From sequence record SRR2962707_2080: a DNA stretch of 64,000 bases. One strand, written 5' to 3'. Of the stretch, positions 29,340-40,191 are shown in pieces (position 1 is the stretch's first letter; each line of letters starts with the position of its first letter). The notes beneath the pieces are model-generated. The model was not told the DNA's origin and ran no database searches. It worked only from the letters and a program-made list of their open reading frames with translations. The position numbers and the translations under genes are program-made.

Positions 29340-31052
29340 GTGATACAAGTAGAACAATTGATTGCCAGTAAATCACCTCAGTTCTTCGACAAGAGCCCTT
29401 TAATCACACGCCCAACTTTAAGCGTCCTAAAACGCCTCTTTCATGAAAATGAAGTGAATCATTTTTTAGAAGCCAATGGCGATTGCATCGGCTTCGAATT
29501 TATTGACCGTGTTTTAGACCATTTCAATTTTACTTATCAAGTCGGCCAAGTGGATCGTCGTAATATTCCCGCCAGCGGACGGGTTATGATCATTGCGAAT
29601 CACCCTCTTGGCGCGCTCGATGGATTGGCTCTACTGCGCCTAATCGGTGAAATCCGCCCTGACGTAAAAATCGTTGGCAATGACTTATTAATGGGCTTCG
29701 ATGGCCTCAAAGATCTTGTTCTGCCGGTTGATAACATGGGCGGAAAAACAGGACGCCAGCAGCTGAAAGCGATTATGAATTGCTTACACAATGAAGAAGC
29801 CGTGATTATTTTCCCTGCAGGAGAAGTGTCTCGATTGTCCCCAAGCGGTGTCAAAGACCAAGGCTGGAATCATAATTATTTGAAGCTGGCGCAAAAGACC
29901 AACAGCCCATTACTTCCTGTGCACATTGGCGGTCGCAACTCTATGTTGTTCTACACCAGCTCTTTAGTGTATCGCCCTCTTTCTACGATCCAACTTGCTA
30001 ACGAAATGTTTCGCCAAAGAAACCGAAAAATCCCAATGCAAGTCGGTCAGGCTATCCCGATTCAAGAGCTCGCAAAATTACCGTTAAGCGACAAAGAAAA
30101 AAGCAAATTGGTAAAACGTCATCTTTACCGTATCGCTAAGGGGAAAAAGCCATTATTGAAAACGGAAAAGACCGTTGAGCACCCACAAAACAGACAGATG
30201 ATTCGGGCTGAACTAAAACAATCCGAACACCTAGGCAGCACCAAGGACAATAAACAAATCTATTTGTTCGACCACGACCCATCCTCGGTCACCATGAAAG
30301 AGATCGGCCGCTTACGTGAGATAGCCTTTCGTAAAGTAGGGGAAGGCACTGGAGAGCGCTCTGACCTAGATAAGTTTGACCAATACTATCGTCACCTTAT
30401 TTTATGGGATGAAGAAGAGCTAGAAATCGTTGGGGCTTATCGCATTGGTGAAGTCGCTCGCTATATGAAAGAAGAAAGCCCTAATCGCATATACAGTGCG
30501 GAGTTGTTTCGATATTCATGCGACATGGCAACGTATTTTGAACAGGGCATTGAACTTGGCCGCAGTTTTATTCAGCCAAAATATTGGGGCAAACGCAGCC
30601 TAGATTATTTATGGTATGGCATTGGCGCTTATCTCAATCGTCACCCTGATATTCGCTATATGTTTGGGCCTGTCAGTTTAAGCAACAGCTACCCGCAAAT
30701 TGCCAAAGATTTTATTGTTTCTTTCTACCGCTTATATTTTTCTGATAAAGAACATCTAGCACGCTCTTTTACGCCGTACCAAGTAACCCCAGAACACGCT
30801 GAGATCATTGCGGGTTTATTTTCTGGTACAAGCTATGAAGAGGATTTCAAAGTACTCAAAGAGCAACTCGGGCATTTTGGCGCCAGCGTTCCGACCTTGT
30901 TCAAACAATACAGTGAAATTTGTGAGGTAGGAGGGGTTCGCTTCTTAGACTTTGGTGTCGATGCCGACTTTGGCTACTGTGTAGACGGTTTAGTCTTAGT
31001 AGACCTAAATACAATCAAAGAAGCGAAAAGAAAACGCTACCTAGGCCAATGA
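29340..31052 (+). CDS. Acyltransferase-GNAT fusion (OlsF-like ornithine lipid synthase)
   Basis: NHPLGALD and FPAGEVS acyltransferase motifs; EIGRLRE..FR..GEG, D.FD..Y, ELGRSF GNAT domain; GGAG then GTG at 29340. Confidence 0.85.
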   Translation: MIQVEQLIASKSPQFFDKSPLITRPTLSVLKRLFHENEVNHFLEANGDCIGFEFIDRVLDHFNFTYQVGQVDRRNIPASGRVMIIANHPLGALDGLALLRLIGEIRPDVKIVGNDLLMGFDGLKDLVLPVDNMGGKTGRQQLKAIMNCLHNEEAVIIFPAGEVSRLSPSGVKDQGWNHNYLKLAQKTNSPLLPVHIGGRNSMLFYTSSLVYRPLSTIQLANEMFRQRNRKIPMQVGQAIPIQELAKLPLSDKEKSKLVKRHLYRIAKGKKPLLKTEKTVEHPQNRQMIRAELKQSEHLGSTKDNKQIYLFDHDPSSVTMKEIGRLREIAFRKVGEGTGERSDLDKFDQYYRHLILWDEEELEIVGAYRIGEVARYMKEESPNRIYSAELFRYSCDMATYFEQGIELGRSFIQPKYWGKRSLDYLWYGIGAYLNRHPDIRYMFGPVSLSNSYPQIAKDFIVSFYRLYFSDKEHLARSFTPYQVTPEHAEIIAGLFSGTSYEEDFKVLKEQLGHFGASVPTLFKQYSEICEVGGVRFLDFGVDADFGYCVDGLVLVDLNTIKEAKRKRYLGQ

Positions 31053-31473
31053 TGATGGCGTTTAGAGTGATGGTGAAACTTTCGATGATGCTTAACGTGA
31101 GATCGTTTGAAAACGACAAGGTAAATGATCTTAATGACCAAAATAGCACTTAACACGACTAATACAGTCAGCTGAAGATCCATACTATCACCTCTCTTTT
31201 TACAGTGAGTGCGTTATGTCACTCTCTCATTATAGTGTATAGGTGAAAATAAAATGTGCATTTTTTGATCTACAGCACCAAACAATGGCAGCGATTTCGT
31301 CGCATTTTCATTATGATAGTAGAGTGTTTTTCTGAGTAGCAAGAGCAAGAATTGGATTCTTTAATAGTATTAACAAGTTACGATTCATGGCGCAGGACTT
31401 GCTTATATCAGGGGTGTCTTTAATTGCCACCCTAAACATTAATGGCCTCTCAAAATGGACGATGGAGTTGGAA

Positions 31474-31779
31474 ATGATTGAGAAAAAGTACTTAAAAACC
31501 AAACCTGAATGCAAAGTAAAATTTGCCCTTCCTGCTGACAAAGTAGGTACTGCGAAAAGCGTTGCGGTCGTTGGCGACTTTAATAATTGGGATTGCACCG
31601 CCAACCCAATGAAAAAACAAAAATCAGGGGTATTTGCCTCAACTCTAAGTTTAGAAGTGAACGCAGCCTACCAATTTCGCTATGTGCTAGATGGCACCCA
31701 GTGGCTAAACGATGACATGGCCGATGATTACGTGCCAAGCCCGATAAGCTACGACAACAATGGTGTCATCAGCCTCTAA
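31474..31779 (+). CDS. Isoamylase early-set/CBM48 domain protein
   Basis: KKYLK.KP.CKVKF, VVGDFNNW, YQFRY..DG..W.ND. Confidence 0.88.
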   Translation: MIEKKYLKTKPECKVKFALPADKVGTAKSVAVVGDFNNWDCTANPMKKQKSGVFASTLSLEVNAAYQFRYVLDGTQWLNDDMADDYVPSPISYDNNGVISL

Positions 31780-31800
31780 GAAGGCTTTATAGTTTTCTTC

Positions 31801-31835
31801 ACACCCTTGCTTCATAGCACGAAGCAGGGGGTGTT
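31801..31835 (+). terminator. Probable terminator hairpin
   Basis: ACACCCTTGCTTC...GAAGCAGGGGGTGT inverted repeat after the stop; weak U tract. Confidence 0.45.
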
Positions 31836-31977
31836 CGTTCGTCTCAAGCTTTCTTAATTAACGGACTTTTACGTCTGGCTGCCATAAAGCCCTTTCTTTC
31901 TCTAGTAACTTAACTTTATCCTTAGACCACTAATTATTGGATTGCGGCTGCAATTTATAGTCAAAAAATGTACAATT

Positions 31978-32007
31978 GTTTTTATTAAACGAGCGTTTAA
32001 TAAAAAC
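31978..32007. promoter_or_regulatory. Perfect palindromic operator upstream of betB
   Basis: GTTTTTATTAAACG-AG-CGTTTAATAAAAAC (14-bp arms) just after a TACAAT -10-like hexamer at 31971. Confidence 0.7.
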
Positions 32008-32077
32008 GCGAAAGTCAAAACACCGATTATTCAAGCGAATTTATCGTCAAGAAACCAAACGATTAAAGAGGTTTATC

Positions 32078-33535
32078 ATGGCACATCAGCAGCAATATAT
32101 TCACGGTCGCTACCTTGCATCAACAAGCGGAGAACATTTCGACACGCTAAACCCAGCAACAGGCGAAGTGATTGCTACCATCGAGCATGCCGGACAAGCT
32201 GAGTTGGATGCTGCTGTCGAGTCAGCAAAAAAAGGCCAGCAAGTATGGGCTGCAATGAGCCCAGTTGAGCGTGGTCGCATCCTTAAAAGAGCCGCTGAAT
32301 TGTTGCGTGAAAACAACGAAGAGCTGGCTCGTCTAGAAGTGTTAGACACAGGTAAACCTCTACAAGAAGCCATTTGTGTTGATATCGAAACCGGCGCCGA
32401 TGTCATCGAATATTACGCAGGCCTAACCGATAAAATCCAAGGCGAATACCAGGACCTTGGTAACGGTAACTTTTATTACACTCGCAAAGAAGCGTTGGGA
32501 GTTTGTGCCGGCATTGGCGCTTGGAACTACCCTATTCAAATCGCTTGCTGGAAATCCGGTCCTGCTCTAGCGGCTGGCAACGCGATGATTTTCAAGCCTT
32601 CTGAAGAAACCCCACTAACGGCGCTAAAACTGGCTGAGATTTACACTCAAGCCGGCTTACCAGATGGCGTCTTCAATGTGGTTCAAGGGGATGCTCGCAC
32701 CGGTCAAATGATTACCGCGCACCCTGGCATCGACAAGGTGTCCTTCACCGGCGAAGTTGGCACAGGTAAAAAAGTCATGGCGGCTTCAGCGCAATCTTTG
32801 AAACAAGTGACCATGGAATTAGGTGGTAAGTCCCCTATGATCATTTTCCCTGACATGCCAATCGATCAAGCCGTGTCGGCGGCGATGCTTGCCAATTTCT
32901 ATACGCAAGGCGAAGTATGTACCAATGGCACACGCGTTTTTGTGCATGCAGACATCATGGAAGCCTTCACCAAAGAACTAAAAAGCCGCACAGAAGCCAT
33001 GATCATTGGCGACCCTATGAACATGGAAACCCAAGTTGGCGCGCTAATTTCTAAAGACCATATGCAAAAAGTATTGGGCTTTATTGAAGCGGCAAAAGCC
33101 TCTGGCGCAACCTTGTTATGCGGTGGTTACCAAGTCACTGACAATGGGTTAGAAAACGGCGCATTCGTTGCGCCAACCGTGTTCACGGATTGCACCGACG
33201 ACATGCCACAAGTGCGTGAAGAAATCTTCGGCCCTGTTATGTCAGTCTTAAGCTTTACCGACGAAGACGAGGTTATTGCCCGTGCAAACGACACAAAATA
33301 TGGCTTAGCAGCCGGTGTTTTCACCAAAGACTTTGCTCGTGCACACCGTGTGATCAACCAAATGCAAGCGGGTATTTGTTGGATCAACGCATGGGGGTCT
33401 TCTCCGGCTGAAATGCCTGTCGGTGGTTATAAAGAGTCTGGCGTGGGCCGTGAAAATGGCATCGAGACTTTATATCACTACACGCAAAACAAAAGCGTGT
33501 TTGTTGACTTAAACGACATTCAAAACCCTTATTAA
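32078..33535 (+). CDS. betB: Betaine aldehyde dehydrogenase
   Basis: [51 protein letters not shown]; upstream of betA. Confidence 0.96.
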   Translation: MAHQQQYIHGRYLASTSGEHFDTLNPATGEVIATIEHAGQAELDAAVESAKKGQQVWAAMSPVERGRILKRAAELLRENNEELARLEVLDTGKPLQEAICVDIETGADVIEYYAGLTDKIQGEYQDLGNGNFYYTRKEALGVCAGIGAWNYPIQIACWKSGPALAAGNAMIFKPSEETPLTALKLAEIYTQAGLPDGVFNVVQGDARTGQMITAHPGIDKVSFTGEVGTGKKVMAASAQSLKQVTMELGGKSPMIIFPDMPIDQAVSAAMLANFYTQGEVCTNGTRVFVHADIMEAFTKELKSRTEAMIIGDPMNMETQVGALISKDHMQKVLGFIEAAKASGATLLCGGYQVTDNGLENGAFVAPTVFTDCTDDMPQVREEIFGPVMSVLSFTDEDEVIARANDTKYGLAAGVFTKDFARAHRVINQMQAGICWINAWGSSPAEMPVGGYKESGVGRENGIETLYHYTQNKSVFVDLNDIQNPY

Positions 33536-33547
33536 GCGAGCACAGAC

Positions 33548-35215
33548 ATGAGCAACGAACTGTACGATTACATCATAGTCGGCGCGGGCTCCGCAGGGTG
33601 TGTGCTGGCAGACAGACTCACAGAAAGTGGTGACAACAAGGTACTGCTATTGGAAATGGGCGGTTCAGACAAAAGCCTATTTATCCAGATGCCGACCGCC
33701 TTGTCCTACCCGATGAACACGGAAAAATACGCTTGGCAATTTCATACCGAAAAAGAGCCAGGCTTAGACAACCGTGAAATGCACTGCCCACGTGGCAAAG
33801 TATTAGGCGGCTCTTCTTCCATCAATGGCATGGTCTATGTTCGAGGCCACGCTTGCGACTTTGACCAATGGGAAGAGCATGGCGCCAAAGGTTGGAATTA
33901 CCAAACCTGTCTGCCGTATTTCAAAAAAGCAGAAACATGGAAAAACGGTGCGGACACTTACCGTGGTGGTCAAGGCCCTCTGTCGACCAACAATGGTAAC
34001 GACATGACCTACAACCCACTTTATCAAGCCTTCATAGAGGCAGGTGATGAAGCAGGTTACGGCAAAACCGACGACTACAATGGCTACCGCCAAGAAGGTT
34101 TTGGTGCCATGCATATGACGGTAAAAAAAGGCGTACGAGCCTCAACCTCTAATGCCTACCTGCGCCGTGCAATGCTACGTTCTAACCTGACATTAAAAAC
34201 GGGGGTTCTTAGCCATAAAGTCGTATTCGAAGGCAAAAAAGCCGTAGGCATAGAATTCAGCAACAATGGCCACACCCAACAAGTCAACGCGCGTAAAGAA
34301 GTCATCTTATCTGCGGGATCTGTTGGCTCTCCGCAATTATTGCAATTGTCAGGTGTGGGGCCAAAAGACGTACTTGAAAAAGCTGGCGTGCCACTTTTAC
34401 ACGAGCTTTCTGGTGTGGGTGAAAATTTGCAGGATCACCTGGAAGTCTACTTTCAGTACTTCTGTAAGAAGCCCGTCACACTAAACAGCAAGCTTGGCTT
34501 GATCAGCAAAGGCATGATCGGAACCCGATGGATGCTCTTTAAGACAGGCTTAGGGGCGACGAATCACTTTGAATCCTGTGGTTTTATCCGCTCCCGTGCT
34601 GGCCTAAAGTGGCCTAATATTCAATACCACTTCTTACCTGCTGCTATGCGCTACGACGGCCAAGCCGCGGTAGAAGGCCATGGTTTCCAAGTGCATGTAG
34701 GGCCGAACAAGCCTGAAAGTCGTGGCAAATTATGGATTGAATCTGCAGATCCACAAGCTAAGCCTAGAATTCTGTTTAACTACATTTCAACAGAACAAGA
34801 CAAGCAGGATTGGCGCGATACTATTCGCCTGACGCGAGAAATACTTCAGCAACCCGCCTTGAACGAATTCCGTGGTGACGAAATTCAACCTGGAATCGAC
34901 ATTCAAAGCGATGCAGACATCGACCAGTGGGTAAAAGAAAACGTTGAAAGCGCCTACCACCCTTCTTGTACTTGTAAGATGGGTGACGACAGCGACCCAA
35001 TGGCCGTATTAAACGAATATTGCCAAGTTCGTGGCTTGCAAAATTTGCGCGTGGTCGACTCGTCTGTGTTTCCTACTATTACCAACGGTAACTTAAATGC
35101 GCCGACTATCATGGTGGCTGAAAAAGCCGCCGATATGATTCTTGGTAAGCAAGCGCTGCCTCGCTTAGAAGCGCCGGTTTGGATTCACCCAGAGTTTGAA
35201 AGCAAACAGCGTTAA
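33548..35215 (+). CDS. betA: Choline dehydrogenase
   Basis: GMC oxidoreductase: [46 protein letters not shown]. Confidence 0.96.
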   Translation: MSNELYDYIIVGAGSAGCVLADRLTESGDNKVLLLEMGGSDKSLFIQMPTALSYPMNTEKYAWQFHTEKEPGLDNREMHCPRGKVLGGSSSINGMVYVRGHACDFDQWEEHGAKGWNYQTCLPYFKKAETWKNGADTYRGGQGPLSTNNGNDMTYNPLYQAFIEAGDEAGYGKTDDYNGYRQEGFGAMHMTVKKGVRASTSNAYLRRAMLRSNLTLKTGVLSHKVVFEGKKAVGIEFSNNGHTQQVNARKEVILSAGSVGSPQLLQLSGVGPKDVLEKAGVPLLHELSGVGENLQDHLEVYFQYFCKKPVTLNSKLGLISKGMIGTRWMLFKTGLGATNHFESCGFIRSRAGLKWPNIQYHFLPAAMRYDGQAAVEGHGFQVHVGPNKPESRGKLWIESADPQAKPRILFNYISTEQDKQDWRDTIRLTREILQQPALNEFRGDEIQPGIDIQSDADIDQWVKENVESAYHPSCTCKMGDDSDPMAVLNEYCQVRGLQNLRVVDSSVFPTITNGNLNAPTIMVAEKAADMILGKQALPRLEAPVWIHPEFESKQR

Positions 35216-35271
35216 TCCATCGGACCTAATACGCCCGCGACGGTGAATGCTAGATCAGTACTTGAACAAAC

Positions 35272-35307
35272 AAAAACCCAAGTAGATTTTTCTACTTGGG
35301 TTTTTTT
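35272..35307. terminator. Bidirectional intrinsic terminator
   Basis: AAAAACCCAAGTAGA-TTTT-TCTACTTGGGTTTTTTT between convergent genes. Confidence 0.9.
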
Positions 35308-35337
35308 AATGGCGGCAAAGACGCTGGATATTAGTGC

Positions 35338-35712
35338 CTAAAAAGGGTCTTCTACCACACGATATTGCTTACGATGAGCATCAAATCGATACCAAATACC
35401 CTTACACTTAAAGTAGTCATGTTCTTGATAATGCACTACTTTATGGTCCTCAGGTATGTCGTCTACCCAAACACCTGGTGACGGCACAATAACGACATAT
35501 CCTCTTGGTCCATCGCGATAAAAAACGCCATCTGAATAATAAATGTCGTTTCTGACGACCACATGACGCGGAGGCAGTGTCGTCAATACAGAACCAATTG
35601 CTACCCCAGCACCAAAAGCAAATAGGCCCAGTGGCGCACCGCCGCGCGGCCCCATAGCGCAACCTGATAAGGTGAGGCAGCAGCTCAATGCTAAAACAGA
35701 ACGAAATCTCAT
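35338..35712 (-). CDS. Lipoprotein, DUF6515-like
   Basis: Lipobox LSGC; two LP......YY..G.FY......Y.VV-type repeats; AGGAG RBS. Confidence 0.75.
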   Translation of the reverse strand: MRFRSVLALSCCLTLSGCAMGPRGGAPLGLFAFGAGVAIGSVLTTLPPRHVVVRNDIYYSDGVFYRDGPRGYVVIVPSPGVWVDDIPEDHKVVHYQEHDYFKCKGIWYRFDAHRKQYRVVEDPF

Positions 35713-35883
35713 AACGATCTCCTTGTTATTTTATGATGAGCTACTAAGCCTTCTCAGATAGGCGAGTTTGGTGCTAGAAAGGGGAAAGTCCGACCTGTTT
35801 TTTGCCCCAAAAGCATCGGCTACGCCTCTCTAAATGCAGGTATCAGACTGGCTCATACATCGATTTAATTAAGAATAAGGCGT

Positions 35884-36141
35884 TTATTGATGGCTAGGTG
35901 GCGCAGGCAATTCGTCTTCTGTTAACGTGCCGCTGTTATCCGTATCAAAACGATCGAAGTCATCCGCTAGAGGGCCTCGTACTTCGTCTTTGGTCAGCAC
36001 ACCATCGCCATTAGCGTCTAGCTGTGCAAAAGAAGGTGGGTCTTTCGGTGGTTGTCCACCGGCTAGGCTATTAACAGAAAACAGCGCGAGTACGCTCGCC
36101 GTGATAACAGGCAGTAACACGGCCATTGACAGCTTTTTCAT
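35884..36141 (-). CDS. Secreted EF-hand protein
   Basis: Signal peptide; two EF-hand loops DANGDGVLTKDE and DTDNSGTLTEDE. Confidence 0.88.
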   Translation of the reverse strand: MKKLSMAVLLPVITASVLALFSVNSLAGGQPPKDPPSFAQLDANGDGVLTKDEVRGPLADDFDRFDTDNSGTLTEDELPAPPSHQ

Positions 36142-36219
36142 ACTTTACTTCCCCTACTCGTTCATTGAACGTGAATCAGATTATTTTGTAAGGGAAGCAT
36201 AAGTAGAAAGTTAGTATTC

Positions 36220-36232
36220 AATATGGAGAAAA
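36220..36232 (-). promoter_or_regulatory. BaeR-like box upstream of the EF-hand gene
   Basis: TTTTCTCCATATT, identical to 38508-38520 and similar to the E. coli BaeR motif TTTTTCTCCAT. Confidence 0.7.
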
Positions 36233-36235
36233 TGC

Positions 36236-36916
36236 CTACTGGTCGTCAAATTTATAACCAACACCGTAAACAGATTTGATGCAGTCTAGTTCTGGTTCTA
36301 TTTCTTCTAGTTTACGTCTTAGGTTTTTGATGTGGCTATCAATAGTACGATCTGCAACCACTCTGTGATCGGAATAAATATGATCCATCAACTGATCACG
36401 GCTGTATATACGGCCGGCATTTTTGAACAAAAGCGCCAAAATTTTAAATTCAGCTGGTGTGAGAGCAACTTTTTGTTGGTGGTAACGCACCGTCATGGAA
36501 GGCTCATCCACTTGCAGTGTGCCTTGCGTTTTTATGGCTGGCGCTTCGCTACGGCGTAAAATATTTTTTACTCTGACCACCACTTCTCTGGTGCTATACG
36601 GTTTGCAAATATAATCGTCTGCGCCCAATTCAAGACCAATCAATCGATCAATTTCTTCTATTTTAGCGGTCGCCATAATCACAGGCACTTCACTAAAGCT
36701 GCGGATGTCTCGGAAAATATCCAGCCCGTTTCGGTTCGGTAACATCAAGTCTAGAATAATCATATCTGTATGATTTTCTTTAACAAAATCAACAACAAGC
36801 GAACCGTCATTCAACTGGCTGGCATGATAGCCTGCGTGTTCTAAATACTCACAAAGGATCGCCGCTAACGTCGGTTCATCTTCAACCACTAGAATACTTT
36901 TCTTTTTCTCATCCAT
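36236..36916 (-). CDS. OmpR-family response regulator, BaeR-like
   Basis: VEDE, LDLMLP, EEIDRLIGLELGADDYICKP, DRTIDSHIKNLRRK, SVYGVGY. Confidence 0.92.
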   Translation of the reverse strand: MDEKKKSILVVEDEPTLAAILCEYLEHAGYHASQLNDGSLVVDFVKENHTDMIILDLMLPNRNGLDIFRDIRSFSEVPVIMATAKIEEIDRLIGLELGADDYICKPYSTREVVVRVKNILRRSEAPAIKTQGTLQVDEPSMTVRYHQQKVALTPAEFKILALLFKNAGRIYSRDQLMDHIYSDHRVVADRTIDSHIKNLRRKLEEIEPELDCIKSVYGVGYKFDDQ

Positions 36917-38429
36917 TACTCATTTCTCTTTTCAATCTTACTTCAATGACTAAACCGCCCAGTTCGGAGCGCTTCGCCACAATGCTTCCGCCGTGCATCA
37001 TGACGATATTATGGCAAATAGACAATCCCAAACCTGAACCACCGTGGGAACGGCTACGGGACTGGTCTACTCGATATAGACGCACAAATAGTTTGCCTAA
37101 GTGAGCATCATCAACACTTGGAGCGGAGTCCTCGAAGAGCAACACAAGGTCATCATTTTGCTCTAGAACCGACAGCTTTATTGTGCCGGGTGCGTCCGTA
37201 TAGCGAAGGCTATTTTCTAATAGGTTTACACACAGCTGCTCTAATGTTTTTTCATCTCCTTTAATAAAAATAGGCTCTGAAATCAATCGTTCTAAGCGCA
37301 GACCTTTTTGTGCCATCCTGTGTTCGAAACGATTGGCGACGGATTGCAGCAAGGCCACAATGTCCAACCGACGAACGTCCAGTTGATACACGCCCGCATC
37401 GGTTTTAGACAAGAGGTAAAGATCATCCACCAAACGACGCAATCCCATCACCTGATGGTGCATAGAATCCATGCGCGTCATTTCTGGTTTGCGAATACCA
37501 TCTTGAATGGCTTCTAACTCACTGCGCAAAACCGCTATCGGAGTTCGCAGTTCATGAGAAATATCGACTAACCATTGTTCACGACTGTCTTTTTGGCGTT
37601 TCAGGCTGCCAGCTAAATATTGAAAGCGATTAGCAAGCTCACCAAATTCATCATTACTACTGCTCTCAAACGTAAAGCTGTAGTCCCCTTCGGATAGTGC
37701 ATTTGCCCCCTGTTGTAAGCGTTTTAATGGTGACAAAAAGTGACGCACCAACCCCAAGGCAACAAGCAAGGAAGCCAAGCCAGCTAGGCCGATAATCCAG
37801 ATGAGGTTATGCTGCTGTTGCGCATAAAACTGCCCTACCAAAGGCCCTGAAAGCTGATTTTTTTGTTTAAGTACAAGCCAACCAACAATCTGTTTGCCTT
37901 GTTTAATCGGCTCCCTAAACCACTCAACACTGCTCTCTTTTGAATCAGAAAAATACACGCCTGCGATCCAATGATGGTTGTCATCTTCCAGAAAAAGTCG
38001 ATGACTGATAGGGCCAAACTCTTCCGACATAGCCGCATCTCTAGGGGGGAGATCATGGGGATCTGGACCTCGATCAGGCCCTCGATTAGGCCCTCGCTCT
38101 AAGCCTGAATCTGGGCCGCCAAGGTCAATATTCGGTTTAATATGACGCTCAGGCGCCGCGCCGTTCTTAGGAAACGGTACGCCTAATTTTACAAAAAGAT
38201 CCCCCCAAATTTCAGGTTGCTCTTGCAACTCTTGCCAACCAACGTTCGCTGAATAATACCCAGACAAAAGACTCGCTAGCTGTTCGACTTGCTCTTTTTC
38301 TTGCTGGTTTAAGTACTCTTGAAAACCTGATTTGAAGCTGTAACTAACAGAAAAAGTCATTCCGATGACCAATAAAATACTGGTCATAAACAAGGAAATA
38401 AACAGTTTCGTAAATATAGGGACTCGCAC
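36909..38429 (-). CDS. Sensor histidine kinase, BaeS-like
   Basis: Two TM, HAMP, DISHELRTP, NLLENSLRYTD, GGSGLGL; ATGA-type overlap region with the regulator; GTG start. Confidence 0.92.
   Translation of the reverse strand: MRVPIFTKLFISLFMTSILLVIGMTFSVSYSFKSGFQEYLNQQEKEQVEQLASLLSGYYSANVGWQELQEQPEIWGDLFVKLGVPFPKNGAAPERHIKPNIDLGGPDSGLERGPNRGPDRGPDPHDLPPRDAAMSEEFGPISHRLFLEDDNHHWIAGVYFSDSKESSVEWFREPIKQGKQIVGWLVLKQKNQLSGPLVGQFYAQQQHNLIWIIGLAGLASLLVALGLVRHFLSPLKRLQQGANALSEGDYSFTFESSSNDEFGELANRFQYLAGSLKRQKDSREQWLVDISHELRTPIAVLRSELEAIQDGIRKPEMTRMDSMHHQVMGLRRLVDDLYLLSKTDAGVYQLDVRRLDIVALLQSVANRFEHRMAQKGLRLERLISEPIFIKGDEKTLEQLCVNLLENSLRYTDAPGTIKLSVLEQNDDLVLLFEDSAPSVDDAHLGKLFVRLYRVDQSRSRSHGGSGLGLSICHNIVMMHGGSIVAKRSELGGLVIEVRLKREMSNG
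38065..38100 (-). repeat. 3 x 12-bp tandem repeat in the kinase periplasmic region
   Basis: Plus strand GGACCTCGATCA GGCCCTCGATTA GGCCCTCGCTCT; encodes ERGP-NRGP-DRGP. Confidence 0.75.
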
Positions 38430-38507
38430 AATATTTCCTTTCTATATGGCATAAAACAAGCTTTTTAGGCTCAAAAAGCACGTGTTTTGGCGAAGTAAAC
38501 TTCTCAC

Positions 38508-38520
38508 TTTTCTCCATATT
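38508..38520 (+). promoter_or_regulatory. BaeR-like box upstream of the redox operon
   Basis: TTTTCTCCATATT, identical to 36220-36232 (minus strand). Confidence 0.7.
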
Positions 38521-38575
38521 CACCACAAAATTTATGGCTACCTTGGGCTCTATTATTTCATTCTCGGGTACGCGC

Positions 38576-39961
38576 ATGGCAAGCTTACTAGAAAATCGGA
38601 TCTTAGCGTCCTTCTCGCAGTTTATAAAACAGAAGACCTATCCAACACAAGGCTGGTTAACCATTCAGTTTGCTCTTCTGGTGCTGCTTCCCTATGTTTT
38701 TCTAGCCATATTGCCGATGGATAACAAAGGCATTTACGTAGAAATATTAAGCTTTTTAAATCTCGTAATGATGCTTTCCATGATGCTGCAATTCCCGCTG
38801 GCCGCGCGCTTAAAACACGCAAAACTCTTCTCTCGTATTGATTGGAATATGCAACAGCATAAGCGTATGGGAAAGTGGATTGGTGTGTTTTTCTTCTTAC
38901 ATCCTCTGTTAATTTTGCTGCCGAAATGGCTGTTATCCAGCGCAGATTTACGCTTATCCATTATTGAATCGATCACAGCGCCACGTTTATTAACAGGGAT
39001 TATTGCGTGGGTTTTATTGGCCGTTTGGGTGCTTTCTTCCATTTATAAAAACAAGCTTCCCATTGCCTATGATAAGTGGAAATTATGGCATACTGCAGGC
39101 TTCATGGTGGTATTAATTCTAGCGACCTGGCACATCACCCAAGTAGGCAGTCACGGGCAGTTTGGTCAGTATATCAATCTGCTTTGGTGGTCGGCCTGTT
39201 TCTTATCATTGGCATTTACCGTCTATGGTTATGCGATTAAACCCAAATTATTAAGCCAGCATGCCTGTACCTTGGTGAGCCGAGAAAAAGTCAGTTTTAA
39301 CGATTGGTTAATCACCTTAAAAACCCACTCTGCTTTTACTTTCCAGCCGGGACAATTTGTCTGGCTGAGCACTAAGACAAGCGCCTATGAGCTAGATTAC
39401 CACCCATTTTCCATTGCATCTACGCCCAGGTCTCTACCGAATTTATCCTTTGTAATCAGAGAATTAGGCGACTACACAAGATCACTTGAACAACTCAAAC
39501 CAGGACAAGCCGTCTTCGTCGATGGACCTTATGGCAATATGACCTTAGCGGCCAATGATGCCAGTAACGCCATCATTTTAATTGCCAGCGGCGTCGGCAT
39601 AGCACCGATTATCGGCTTATTACGCGCTCTCGCTGAAGCCAATGATCCTCGTCCGATTCGTCTCATCTACGGTAACCGAACCTATTCGCAGATGCTCTTC
39701 ACTGAAGAATTGGCGCACTTTGAGAACACGCTGAATAATTTTAAAACCCGTTTTGTTTGTTATTTACCCTCAACCTTTGCGATTTATTACCAAGGTTTTA
39801 TTGACCAAACTTGCTTACAAAGTGCGTTGCAAGATGTTCCGGTCGAGACCAGCTCTGTGTATCTCTGTGGTTCTGACATCGCGGTAAAAAACATCCGTAA
39901 AGGCCTGAAACAATTTCCCATTCCGGCGCGAAATATCCATTTCGAACAACTTTCATTTTAA
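38576..39961 (+). CDS. Ferric reductase/NOX-like membrane flavocytochrome (heme-b TM domain plus FAD/NAD(P)H domain)
   Basis: Paired His in TM helices (QHKRMG...FLH; LWH...TWH), HPFSIAS, VDGPYG, ASGVGIAP, YLCG, FEQLSF; start 38534 or 38576. Confidence 0.85.
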   Translation: MASLLENRILASFSQFIKQKTYPTQGWLTIQFALLVLLPYVFLAILPMDNKGIYVEILSFLNLVMMLSMMLQFPLAARLKHAKLFSRIDWNMQQHKRMGKWIGVFFFLHPLLILLPKWLLSSADLRLSIIESITAPRLLTGIIAWVLLAVWVLSSIYKNKLPIAYDKWKLWHTAGFMVVLILATWHITQVGSHGQFGQYINLLWWSACFLSLAFTVYGYAIKPKLLSQHACTLVSREKVSFNDWLITLKTHSAFTFQPGQFVWLSTKTSAYELDYHPFSIASTPRSLPNLSFVIRELGDYTRSLEQLKPGQAVFVDGPYGNMTLAANDASNAIILIASGVGIAPIIGLLRALAEANDPRPIRLIYGNRTYSQMLFTEELAHFENTLNNFKTRFVCYLPSTFAIYYQGFIDQTCLQSALQDVPVETSSVYLCGSDIAVKNIRKGLKQFPIPARNIHFEQLSF

Positions 39962-39973
39962 TAGGATCACATT

Positions 39974-40189
39974 ATGCCCATTCATCAAATTTCCGGCTGT
40001 ATCGGTTGTAATGCTTGTATTGAAAGCTGCCCTACCGATGTCATAAAGCTCGATGAAGCAACGCAAAAAGCCGTTATTCAATACCCTGAAGATTGCCAAA
40101 TCTGCCACTTGTGTCGGTTATATTGTCCGGTAGGCGCCATCACTATTACCCCTGAAAAATCCATTCCCGTGATGGTTTCTTGGAGGTAA
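39974..40189 (+). CDS. 2x[4Fe-4S] ferredoxin (AprB-like)
   Basis: CIGCNACIESCP and CQICHLCRLYCP; no signal peptide; AGGA RBS. Confidence 0.92.
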   Translation: MPIHQISGCIGCNACIESCPTDVIKLDEATQKAVIQYPEDCQICHLCRLYCPVGAITITPEKSIPVMVSWR

Positions 40190-40191
40190 GA

